A stretch of 32,000 bases of DNA from Geobacter sulfurreducens PCA (GTDB taxonomy: Bacteria; Desulfobacterota; Desulfuromonadia; Geobacterales; Geobacteraceae). Under the pieces are notes generated by a model. The model searched no databases. It was not told the origin of the DNA and saw nothing but the letters and a program-made list of their open reading frames with translations. Each line of letters starts with the position of its first letter. Positions within the stretch are counted from its first letter, which is position 1. Position numbers and translations under genes: made by a program. Below, one piece after another: positions 8,507 to 16,030 of the stretch. Where the stretch lies: positions 2,790,001 through 2,822,000 of the forward strand of contig NC_002939.5 of assembly GCF_000007985.2 (NCBI RefSeq), given 5' to 3'.

Positions 8507-9319
8507 TTATCCGCCGGAAAAACAGAGATGGAAAAAGCGCTTCATTTCCGCCCATGACCGTCGGTCGGCACGGGCGTCATAGGCCACGTCGAGACCGAAG
8601 CGTTTGGCAAAGGCGTCTGCCTCGGGGTTGGTGAAACTGTGCTTGGCCCCGGCATAGGAAATAAAACCGAACTCGGCACCGGACCGGGCCATTTCAGCGG
8701 CGAACGCCCCGACCTGCTCCGGCGGAACGAAGCGGTCTGCCGCACCATTGAGCACCAGGACGCGGGCCTTGATTCCGCCCGGCTCGGCCGGCCGGTCTGT
8801 GGCAAGGCTGCCATGGAAGCTCACCACTCCGGCCAGATCAACTCCCTGGCGAGCCATGTTCAGCACAACCGCGCCGCCGAAGCAGTAACCGATGGCCCCG
8901 ATCCGGCCCGGGTCCACCGTGGGCTGGTCTTTCAGCAGGTTCATGGCCGCCATGAAGCGGTCCTTCATCAGGTTGCCGTTCTTCATGACCTCCGCGGCGA
9001 ATGCGGCCGCATCGTCCGGATGGGGAGCCTGCTTTCCCTCGCCGTACATGTCGACGGCCAGGGCCGTGTAGCCCAGGCCGGCCAGCATCCTGGCCCGCTT
9101 GCGGGCATACTCGTTGTGCCCCCACCACTCGTGCACCACCAGCACGCCGGGACGCTTCCCTTTCAGGGCCGGGTCCCATGCCAGGTACCCCTTCATGGTG
9201 ACGGTGCCGTCCCGGTACTCAACCACCCTACCCCGGACCTTGGCCGCGGCGGGAAACGCCGCCAGCACGACCAGGGCCGCCACGACCAGCATGAGTCCTG
9301 CGCGAATGCTCTGTTTCAT
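8507..9319 (-). CDS. Secreted dienelactone hydrolase family protein
   Basis: The ATG at 9319, preceded by GGAGGTGG, is preferred over the GTG at 9325. Signal peptide MKQSIRAGLMLVVAALVVLAAFPAAA. DLH-family hallmarks HEWWG, the nucleophile-elbow-like GYCFGG, and SFHG. Confidence 0.85.
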   Translation of the reverse strand: MKQSIRAGLMLVVAALVVLAAFPAAAKVRGRVVEYRDGTVTMKGYLAWDPALKGKRPGVLVVHEWWGHNEYARKRARMLAGLGYTALAVDMYGEGKQAPHPDDAAAFAAEVMKNGNLMKDRFMAAMNLLKDQPTVDPGRIGAIGYCFGGAVVLNMARQGVDLAGVVSFHGSLATDRPAEPGGIKARVLVLNGAADRFVPPEQVGAFAAEMARSGAEFGFISYAGAKHSFTNPEADAFAKRFGLDVAYDARADRRSWAEMKRFFHLCFSGG

Positions 9320-9427
9320 GGCCACCTCCCGATTCGTTGCACGTATCCAATTCTACCATCCGAACGGATACGCTCAACCGGCCGCATCGAGGGTGCGAGC
9401 GGTCGGAAGGGGGCGGGTGGGGCTCCG

Positions 9428-11335
9428 TCATTCCCCCAGGTAGGTGTAGCCCAGGAGCGTCCGGTCCAGCAGCTCAAGGAAATGGCTACTCTCCTCGATG
9501 GTGACCTTGCGAAGGGCCACGTCCTTCTCCAGGGTGTCGCGGACGTGCTTCAGGATCTCCGGCCCCTTGTACTGGACGTACTTGAGGCTCTCCCAGGTGG
9601 CGTCGCCATGGATGACCGTATCGATCTTGTAGCCGGTCTTCTTGTTGAAGGTGACGTGGACGGCGTTGGTATCGCCGAACAGGTTGTGCATGTCCCCCAG
9701 GATCTCCTGGTAGGCGCCGATCAGGAAGAAGCCCACGAAATAGTCCTCGTCCTTGCGCATCTTGTGAAGCGGCAGGTACTTGGTCCGGCCGTTCTCGCCC
9801 ACGAAGCTGGTGATCTCCCCGTCCGAATCGCAGGTGATGTCGGCGATGGAGGCCATCACGTCGGGCTTCTGGTTGAGCCGCTGGATCGGCACGATGGGAA
9901 AGAGCTGGTCGATGGCCCAAGAGTCGGGAATCGACTGGAACAGCGAGAAATTGGCGAAATAGGTCTGCCGCAGGCTCAGCTGGAAATTCTGGAGCTCCTC
10001 GGGGATCGGCTTGATCTTTTCCACGATGCCGTTGATCTTGCGCAGGATCTTACCGTGGAGCCACTCGGCCATGGCCCGCTCGTTAAGGGTCAGGTAGCCC
10101 AGGTTGAAGAGGCTCACCGCCTCTTGGATGAGCTGGACCGTATCGTGGTAGTCCTCCCGCAGAGAATAGCGGTCGATGCTCTTGTAGATGTCCACCAGCT
10201 TCTTGACCGTTGGGGCCAGCTTTTCCGTGCCGTTGAGGGTCTCCTCGAAGTCGGGCATGGCATTGGACGTGTTGGTGTTGAGGAGATTGGTCACGAGCAC
10301 CGAGTAGTGGGCCGCCGTGGCCCGCCCCGATTCGGAGATGATGTTGGGGCATTCGACGCCGGCGTCCTCACAGATGTTCTTGATCTGGTAGATGACGTCG
10401 TTGGCGTACTCCTCGATGGAGTAGTTGACGCTGGAGAAGTAGCTCGACTTGGACCCGTCGTAGTCGACCCCCAGGCCGCCGCCGATGTCCACGTACCGGA
10501 TGCCGACCCCCAGCTTGCGCATCTCGGCGTAGATACGGGTTCCCTCGATCAGGGCGCTCTTGATCTTGTCGATCTTGGTGATCTGGCTGCCGATGTGGAA
10601 GTGGAGGAGCTTCACCCGGTCCAGGAGGTCATTTTGCTCCAGGAGCCCGATAGCGGCGATGATCTCCGACATCCGGAGGCCGAACTTGGCGTCCTCACCG
10701 CCGGAAGTGGCCCACTTGCCGGTCCCCTTGGAGGAAAGCTTCACCCGGATGCCCAGCTTGGGCTTGATGCCGGTCTTTTTCGACAGGGCAATGATCTTCT
10801 CCAGCTCGAACATCTTCTCCACCACGATGGTGATGTCGTAGCCGATCTTGGTGGCGTAGAGGACCGTCTCGATATACTCGGTGTCCTTGTAACCGTTGCA
10901 GATGATGGGGATGCCGTTGCCGGTGGCGAAGGAGATGCCGATCACCAGCTCCGGCTTGGAGCCCACTTCCAGGCCGATATTGTAGCGCTTGCCGAACTTG
11001 GCGATGGCCTCCACCACCTGGCGCTGCTGGTTCACCTTGATGGGGTAGAAGGTCTGGTAGGTGGCCGGGTAGTCGTTCTCGTCGATGGCGTTCTTGAAGA
11101 CTCGGTTGATGGATGCGATCCGCCCCTGGAGCACGTCCATGAACCGGAGCAGGATGGGGGGCTTGATCTTGCGCTTGATCAGATCGTCCACCAGGGCACG
11201 CAGGTCGATGGAATGCTTGGACGTGGGTGACGGGTGCACGCAGACGTTCCCCTTCTTGTTGATGGAGAAGAGGTCGGCGCCCCAGTTGGGCAGGTTGTAG
11301 ATCTTCGCAGATTCGTTAATCGACCAGCGTTCCAT
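9428..11335 (-). CDS. speA: Biosynthetic arginine decarboxylase
   Basis: 642-aa ORF. The ATG at 11335 (MERWSI...) has SD AGGAGA 4 nt upstream; the ATG at 11356 has none. The N-terminus ...YNLPNWGADLFSIN..G.. and a PLP-dependent fold-III decarboxylase body (YPIKVN, HFHIGSQ, DIGGGLGVDY) are typical of SpeA. Confidence 0.95.
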   Translation of the reverse strand: MERWSINESAKIYNLPNWGADLFSINKKGNVCVHPSPTSKHSIDLRALVDDLIKRKIKPPILLRFMDVLQGRIASINRVFKNAIDENDYPATYQTFYPIKVNQQRQVVEAIAKFGKRYNIGLEVGSKPELVIGISFATGNGIPIICNGYKDTEYIETVLYATKIGYDITIVVEKMFELEKIIALSKKTGIKPKLGIRVKLSSKGTGKWATSGGEDAKFGLRMSEIIAAIGLLEQNDLLDRVKLLHFHIGSQITKIDKIKSALIEGTRIYAEMRKLGVGIRYVDIGGGLGVDYDGSKSSYFSSVNYSIEEYANDVIYQIKNICEDAGVECPNIISESGRATAAHYSVLVTNLLNTNTSNAMPDFEETLNGTEKLAPTVKKLVDIYKSIDRYSLREDYHDTVQLIQEAVSLFNLGYLTLNERAMAEWLHGKILRKINGIVEKIKPIPEELQNFQLSLRQTYFANFSLFQSIPDSWAIDQLFPIVPIQRLNQKPDVMASIADITCDSDGEITSFVGENGRTKYLPLHKMRKDEDYFVGFFLIGAYQEILGDMHNLFGDTNAVHVTFNKKTGYKIDTVIHGDATWESLKYVQYKGPEILKHVRDTLEKDVALRKVTIEESSHFLELLDRTLLGYTYLGE

Positions 11336-11411
11336 ATGCTCTCCTGGCGACGCCATATTCGCGCACTAACGCCGCTGTTAGGTAATCGTTTTCAGTTTAC
11401 GGTTTTCCAAA

Positions 11412-11532
11412 GGGGCGAGAGATTTCGGCCAGATCGACGCATCCGCAGGAAGCCTGGCGGAGGCGTAGCAGCGCTACGCCGCACAACGAAGCTTACGAGG
11501 ACGGCGTCGAGATGGTCGGAAGATATCGCCCC
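11412..11532. repeat. 121-nt structured intergenic repeat, copy A (between nspC stop and speA start)
   Basis: Aligns without gaps to 12758-12878, with 100/121 positions identical by hand count and a 34-nt identical core. Terminal helix GGGGCGA/TCGCCCC. Invariant hairpin GGCGTAGC-agc-GCTACGCC at 11462-11480. Confidence 0.85.
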
Positions 11533-11533
11533 C

Positions 11534-12736
11534 CTACGACAATCTGCTCCTGAAATCCTCGTATCCGAACTTCCTCACCACCCTCAACTCCCCGGTTTCC
11601 GGCTCGAAGGTACAGATGGCCGGATGCTGGATGCCGTTAAAGGTGGTGGTCTTCACCATGGTGTAGTGGGACATGTCCTCGAAAACGAGCCGGTCTCCCG
11701 GCTTCAGGGGCTTATCAAAGGACCAGTCGCCGATGACGTCCCCGGCCAGGCATGACGGCCCCGCCAGGCGGTAGGTGTGGGCCTTCTCGCCGGGGTCGAA
11801 GCCGGCGGTGATGCCGGGACGGTACGGCATCTCCAGCACGTCGGGCATGTGGCAGGTGGCGGAGACGTCGAGGATGGCGATGTCCATCTCATTGTGCACC
11901 ACGTCCAGCACCTCCCCCACGAGGATGCCGGTGCCGATGGCGATGGCCTCCCCCGGCTCCAGGTAGACCTCCACGCCGTACTTTCTCTTGAAGTATGTGA
12001 TCAGCTCCACCAGGGCGTCGATATCGTAACCCTCACGGGTGATATGGTGGCCGCCCCCCAGATTCAGCCACTTCATGCCGTGGAGAAACGGGCCGAACTT
12101 TTCTTCAAATACCTTCGCGGTCCGCGCCAGGGGCTCGAAGAGCTGCTCGCAGAGGGTATGGAAGTGGAGCCCCTCTACCCCTTCGAGGGATCTGCCGTCG
12201 AACTCCCGCCGGGGGATGCCGAGCCGCGACGCGGGCGCGCACGGATCGTAGATGGGGGTGTGCCCCTCGGAGTGCTCGGGGTTCACCCGCAGCCCCACCG
12301 AGACCCGTCCCCGCTCCTTCTCCCACAGGGGCCGGAACCGCTCCAGCTGGTTGAAGGAGTTGAAAACCAGGTGGTTGGAGGTTTGAAGCAGCTCCACCAC
12401 GTCGCTCTCCTTGAAGGCGGCGGCAAAGCTGTGGACCTCCCGGCCGAACTCCTCGCGCCCCAACCGGGCCTCCCACGGAGAGCTGGCACAGACCCCGTGA
12501 AGCGTCTCCCGGATGATCGGGAAGACGCTCCACATGGCGAAGGCCTTCAACGCCATGAGTATCTTCGCGCCGCTGCGCCGCTGCACCTGGTCCAGGATGG
12601 CCAGATTGTGGCGCAGCCGCCCCAGGTCCACCACATAGGCGGGAGACGGGGCAAGCTTCAGGATTTTGTCGATATCGATGCCGGTCAAATTCAAAACCTT
12701 TTCAAAACAGTAACCACAGGGGTCACAGAGGAACAC
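11534..12736 (-). CDS. nspC: Carboxynorspermidine/carboxyspermidine decarboxylase
   Basis: 400-aa ORF beginning at a GTG. The true start may be an internal TTG a few codons downstream (..LTGIDIDKILKL..), after AAAGG. PLP fold-III decarboxylase with the NspC-like motifs LKAF..., GLHFH, LNLGGGH and YLEPGEA. Confidence 0.9.
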   Translation of the reverse strand: MFLCDPCGYCFEKVLNLTGIDIDKILKLAPSPAYVVDLGRLRHNLAILDQVQRRSGAKILMALKAFAMWSVFPIIRETLHGVCASSPWEARLGREEFGREVHSFAAAFKESDVVELLQTSNHLVFNSFNQLERFRPLWEKERGRVSVGLRVNPEHSEGHTPIYDPCAPASRLGIPRREFDGRSLEGVEGLHFHTLCEQLFEPLARTAKVFEEKFGPFLHGMKWLNLGGGHHITREGYDIDALVELITYFKRKYGVEVYLEPGEAIAIGTGILVGEVLDVVHNEMDIAILDVSATCHMPDVLEMPYRPGITAGFDPGEKAHTYRLAGPSCLAGDVIGDWSFDKPLKPGDRLVFEDMSHYTMVKTTTFNGIQHPAICTFEPETGELRVVRKFGYEDFRSRLS

Positions 12737-12757
12737 AGAGTAAACGCCTTAACCGCC

Positions 12758-12878
12758 GGAGCGCAAGATTTCGGCCGGGTCCTCGCACCCGCAGGGATGC
12801 CGGCGGAGGCGTAGCAGCGCTACGCCGCACAACGAGCATTCCGAGGACGGCGGTGAGATGGTCGGAAGATTGCGCTCC
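12758..12878. repeat. 121-nt structured intergenic repeat, copy B (between dehydrogenase stop and nspC start)
   Basis: Same element as 11412-11532, in the same orientation. Terminal helix GGAGCGCAA/TTGCGCTCC, which covaries with copy A. Invariant hairpin at 12808-12826. Confidence 0.85.
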
Positions 12879-12880
12879 TC

Positions 12881-14077
12881 TTACAGCTCCGGCCACTCGC
12901 CGCCGTCCACCACCACCGTCGGCAGCCCCATGGGCCCAAGCTCCGCCAGGAACGGCTCGGGATCGAACTGTTCCATGTTCCAGACACCGGGGGCGTGCCA
13001 TTTGCCGGTCAGCATCATGATCCCGCCCACCACCGCCGGTACGCCGGTGGTGTAGCTGATGGCCTGGGAGCCAACCTCTTTGTAGCAGGCCTCGTGGTCG
13101 CAGATGTTGTAGATGTAGACCTGTTTCCGCTTGCCGTCCTTGAGACCGCGGGCGATGACGCCGATGCAGGTCTTCCCCTTGGTGAGGGGGCCGAGGGAAC
13201 CCGGATCGGGGAGGAGCGCCTTCAGGAACTGGATCGGCACGATCTTCTGCCCCTGGAACTCCACCTCGTCGATACGGGTCATGCCCACGTTCTGCAGCAC
13301 CTCCAGGTGCTTCAGGTAGTTGTCGGAGAAGGTCATCCAGAACTGGGCCTTCCTGATGGTCGGGATATGCTTGACGATGGACTCCATCTCCTCGTGATAG
13401 AGACGATAGATGTTCATGGGGCCGATCCCCTCGGGGAAATCGAAGACCTGCTTGGTCGAAAGGGGGGGCGTCTCGACGAACTCGCCGTTCTCCCAGTGGC
13501 GGCACGGAGCGGTCACCTCGCGGATGTTGATCTCCGGGTTGAAGTTGGTGGCAAAGGGCTGGCCGTGGCTCCCGGCGTTGGCATCGATGATATCGATCTC
13601 CTGCACCTCGTCCAGGTACTTCTTGGCGGCCAGGGCGGTGTAGACGTTGGTCACGCCGGGGTCGAAGCCGGAACCGAGCAGCGCCATGAGCCCAGCGCTC
13701 TTGAAACGGTCCTGATAGGCCCACTGCCAGGAGTACTCGAACTTGGCGGTGTCCAGGGGCTCGTAGTTGGCGGTGTCCAGGTAGTCCACGCCGGTCTCCA
13801 GGCAGGCATCCATGATGGTCAGGTCCTGGTACGGCAGGGCCACGTTGATGACGAGCTTCGGCTGCTCTTTCTTGATGAGCGCCACCAGCTCGGGAACATT
13901 GTCCGCGTCCACCTGGGCAGTGGCGATGCTGTTGTTCAGCTGGGCGGCGATGGCGTCGCACTTGGACTTGGTCCGGGAGGCGAGGGTGATCCCGCTGAAG
14001 ATGTCCCTGCGCTGGGCGCACTTGTGGGCAACGACCTGGCCGACGCCGCCGGCTCCGATTATCAGTACCTTGCTCAT
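12881..14077 (-). CDS. Carboxynorspermidine/carboxyspermidine dehydrogenase (saccharopine dehydrogenase family)
   Basis: Start moved to the ATG at 14077 (MSKVLIIGAGGVGQVV, a Rossmann GxGxxG), preceded by a strong SD AAGGAGA with a 7-nt spacer. Long saccharopine-dehydrogenase-like body. Adjacent to nspC, as in the alternative spermidine pathway. Confidence 0.9.
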   Translation of the reverse strand: MSKVLIIGAGGVGQVVAHKCAQRRDIFSGITLASRTKSKCDAIAAQLNNSIATAQVDADNVPELVALIKKEQPKLVINVALPYQDLTIMDACLETGVDYLDTANYEPLDTAKFEYSWQWAYQDRFKSAGLMALLGSGFDPGVTNVYTALAAKKYLDEVQEIDIIDANAGSHGQPFATNFNPEINIREVTAPCRHWENGEFVETPPLSTKQVFDFPEGIGPMNIYRLYHEEMESIVKHIPTIRKAQFWMTFSDNYLKHLEVLQNVGMTRIDEVEFQGQKIVPIQFLKALLPDPGSLGPLTKGKTCIGVIARGLKDGKRKQVYIYNICDHEACYKEVGSQAISYTTGVPAVVGGIMMLTGKWHAPGVWNMEQFDPEPFLAELGPMGLPTVVVDGGEWPEL

Positions 14078-14102
14078 TGGTTGATCTCCTTCGATTGCGT
14101 TA

Positions 14103-14648
14103 TCAGTAATCAAATGTCGGCGGGGTCACGACCCACAATATCTTGGCCGGCCCCTTGCCGATATTTTTCACCGTATGGCGCTTGTCCGAGGTGAAGTAGA
14201 AGCATTCGTCCTTTTTCAGCGTGTAGACCTTGTCGTCCAGCCGGAGCTGGATTCGGCCCAGAAGGACGAAGCCGAACTCCTCTCCCTCGTGGAAGTTCTG
14301 CTCGTCCATCTCCTCGCCCGGGGCCAGGGTCACCAGGGCCGGGTCCATCTCCCGGTTCTGGGCGCCGGGGACGAGGAGTTCCACCATCACGGCCGCATCG
14401 TCGGCCGAGGGCTGAACCCGGGCATCCTTGCCGTAGACCACGTCCTCGCCGATTGGATCGCTGAAGAACTCCTGCATGCTGACGCCGAACACGTCGAGGA
14501 TGTCCTTCAGAGTGGCGATGGACGGAGAGGTGGCGTCGTTCTCAAGCTGGGAGATGTATCCCTTGGTCAGGTCGGCCCGATTGGCCAATTCCTCCTGGGT
14601 GAGGGAGTTGATCATCCTGAGCCGCTTCAACCGCTCGCCGATCTTCAC
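14103..14648 (-). CDS. PuuR-like transcriptional regulator (XRE-type HTH plus C-terminal cupin)
   Basis: GTG start at 14648 with SD AGGAGA 6 nt upstream. N-terminal HTH (LTQEELANRADLTKGYISQLEN). C-terminal cupin beta-barrel (..HEGEEFGFVLLGRI...CFYF..). Size (181 aa) and architecture match the PuuR/XRE-cupin regulators. Confidence 0.85.
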   Translation of the reverse strand: MKIGERLKRLRMINSLTQEELANRADLTKGYISQLENDATSPSIATLKDILDVFGVSMQEFFSDPIGEDVVYGKDARVQPSADDAAVMVELLVPGAQNREMDPALVTLAPGEEMDEQNFHEGEEFGFVLLGRIQLRLDDKVYTLKKDECFYFTSDKRHTVKNIGKGPAKILWVVTPPTFDY

Positions 14649-14661
14649 GTTGTTTCTCCTG

Positions 14662-14760
14662 GTTCAGAAATACTAAACTCTTTGTTTACACCCGCTGTTT
14701 AGCATTTCTAAACTTTCTGTCAAGCAGCCGGTTTAGCATTTCTAAACTTTTCGTTTAAAC
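14662..14760. promoter_or_regulatory. Operator array: three 17-bp GTTYAG-N5-CTAAAC palindromes plus a GTTTAAAC palindrome
   Basis: 14662-14678 is GTTCAGAAATACTAAAC. 14697-14713 and 14731-14747 are both GTTTAGCATTTCTAAAC, within 20-nt identical repeats. Centre-to-centre spacing is 35 and 34 bp. GTTTAAAC lies at 14753-14760. Confidence 0.7.
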
Positions 14761-14779
14761 CAATCGACACGAGGGGAGG

Positions 14780-14808
14780 TATATAATACAAAGAAAACAG
14801 GGTGTCAA
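14780..14808 (-). promoter_or_regulatory. Near-consensus sigma70 promoter for the regulator/polyamine operon
   Basis: On the minus strand: TTGACA (14808-14803), a 17-nt spacer, then TATATA (14785-14780). The predicted TSS is near 14773, about 125 nt upstream of the GTG at 14648. Confidence 0.6.
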
Positions 14809-14936
14809 CGATTTTTTGACCCCGCCAAACATATTCACAAACCCGCAACATTCCGTCATGTTCGACTGATCACCGGCTTGACATTTTCCGGCGGATGCCG
14901 TAGGAAAAAGTATACTATTTTCGAGGAGGGACGAAG

Positions 14937-15749
14937 ATGCTGAAGGGAAGCACTCTCGGCTTCATCGGCGGCGGGAACATGGCTGAGGCGATCATCAAAG
15001 GGCTGCTGGCCGGCGGGGTCGCGGCGGCGGACGTGATGGTGGCTGAACCGGTGGCAGCGCGGCGGGAATACCTGCACGGCACCTACGGCATCGACGTCTG
15101 CGCCGACAACGGCCGGGTGGCCGCCGCTGCCGACGCCCTGGTCATGGCCGTAAAGCCCCAGGTGTTCCGTGGCATGGTTGCGGCCCTGGGGCCGGCAGGG
15201 CTCGACGGCAAGCTGCTCATCTCCATCATGGCGGGGATTACCACCGCGGACATGGAGGAGGTCTGCGGCAGCGCGGCCCGGGTGATCCGGGTGATGCCGA
15301 ACACCCCGGCCCTGGTGCTGGAAGGGGCGTCCACCCTCTGTCGCGGCAGGAACGCCACCGATGACGATCTGTTCTTTGCCACGGGAATCTTCGACCTGGT
15401 GGGGACCACCTGCGTGGTGGAGGAAAAGCTCATGGACGCCGTCACCGGCGTCTCCGGCTGCGGCCCGGCCTACGTCTTCCTCTTCATGGAGGCCCTTTCC
15501 GACGCCGGCGTGAAAAACGGCCTCCCCCGGGACGTGGCCACGAGACTGGCGGCCCAGACGGTACTGGGAGCTGCGAGACTGCTCCTGGAGACCGGCGACC
15601 ACCCAGGCGTCCTCAAGGAGAAGGTCACCTCCCCCGGCGGCAGCACCATCGCCGGCATCGCCTCCCTGGAGCGGGATGCCTTCCGCGGAGCGGTCATGGC
15701 CGCCGTGGACGCCGCTACTGCCCGCTCGGCGGAGCTGGGCAAAAAATAA
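14937..15749 (+). CDS. proC: Pyrroline-5-carboxylate reductase
   Basis: 270-aa ORF with SD GAGGAGGG upstream. N-terminal GFIGGGNMAEAI NADP-binding motif. C-terminal P5CR dimerisation-domain signature ...VTSPGGSTIAG... Confidence 0.95.
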   Translation: MLKGSTLGFIGGGNMAEAIIKGLLAGGVAAADVMVAEPVAARREYLHGTYGIDVCADNGRVAAAADALVMAVKPQVFRGMVAALGPAGLDGKLLISIMAGITTADMEEVCGSAARVIRVMPNTPALVLEGASTLCRGRNATDDDLFFATGIFDLVGTTCVVEEKLMDAVTGVSGCGPAYVFLFMEALSDAGVKNGLPRDVATRLAAQTVLGAARLLLETGDHPGVLKEKVTSPGGSTIAGIASLERDAFRGAVMAAVDAATARSAELGKK

Positions 15750-15841
15750 CGCTTCTTCGCCGCAGAGAATAACTCTCAACGCGTAACGGCGGCTGTCACG
15801 AATCCCGTAGCGATCAGGGTGGAGACGGCGGAGATCCGGTG

Positions 15842-16030
15842 CTACTCTGTGTCCTCTGTGGCCGAAGCCTTTCGGTTCACCTTCTCAAAAAGCTCGACCT
15901 GCTCGGCCAGGGAGAGCTTTTTGCCTTTCTTGCACCCCCGCAGGCAGAGGGAACAGCGGTCATCGCCGCACCACTGGCAGAACCGGCAGTCGGGGCAGGG
16001 ATGCTTTTTGGGCGGATCAGTAGACGACAT
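15842..16030 (-). CDS. Small cysteine-rich protein (62 aa), function unknown
   Basis: Seven Cys within 22 residues (CPDCRFCQWCGDDRCSLCLRGC) followed by a Lys/Glu-rich helical tail. Host-like GC-rich third codon positions. The ATG lies 14 nt inside the 3' end of the upstream deacetylase gene. There is no well-spaced SD, so coupling or reinitiation would be needed. Confidence 0.45.
   Translation of the reverse strand: MSSTDPPKKHPCPDCRFCQWCGDDRCSLCLRGCKKGKKLSLAEQVELFEKVNRKASATEDTE

Noticed and set aside
9381-9410. Possible degenerate third copy of the 121-nt repeat just downstream of the speA stop (GCATCGAG...GGTCGGAAG)
   Set aside because: Only a 9-mer plus a 5-6-mer match, and a 7-nt insertion is needed. 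None of the core hairpin (GGCGTAGC...GCTACGCC) is present. A 9-mer match in 64 kb of two-strand sequence is not improbable by chance.
8639-11230. 863-aa plus-strand ORF, the longest plus-strand ORF in the left half of the window
   Set aside because: It runs antisense across speA, the speA/hydrolase intergenic gap and part of the hydrolase gene. Its translation is low-complexity (G/D/V/L/H/R-rich) with no recognisable motifs. The opposite strand encodes textbook SpeA and DLH proteins. This is a typical stop-poor shadow ORF of high-GC DNA.
12723-14021. 432-aa minus-strand ORF overlapping the dehydrogenase gene in another frame
   Set aside because: It is Arg/Gly/Pro-rich nonsense sequence, out of frame with a clear Rossmann-fold saccharopine-dehydrogenase-family gene on the same strand. 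It also reads straight through repeat copy B.
14878-14916. TTGACA (14878-14883) and TATACT (14911-14916) upstream of proC look like a perfect sigma70 promoter
   Set aside because: The hexamers are separated by 27 nt rather than 16-18. At most the TATACT could serve as a -10. No valid -35 lies at the right distance, so I do not annotate a promoter.
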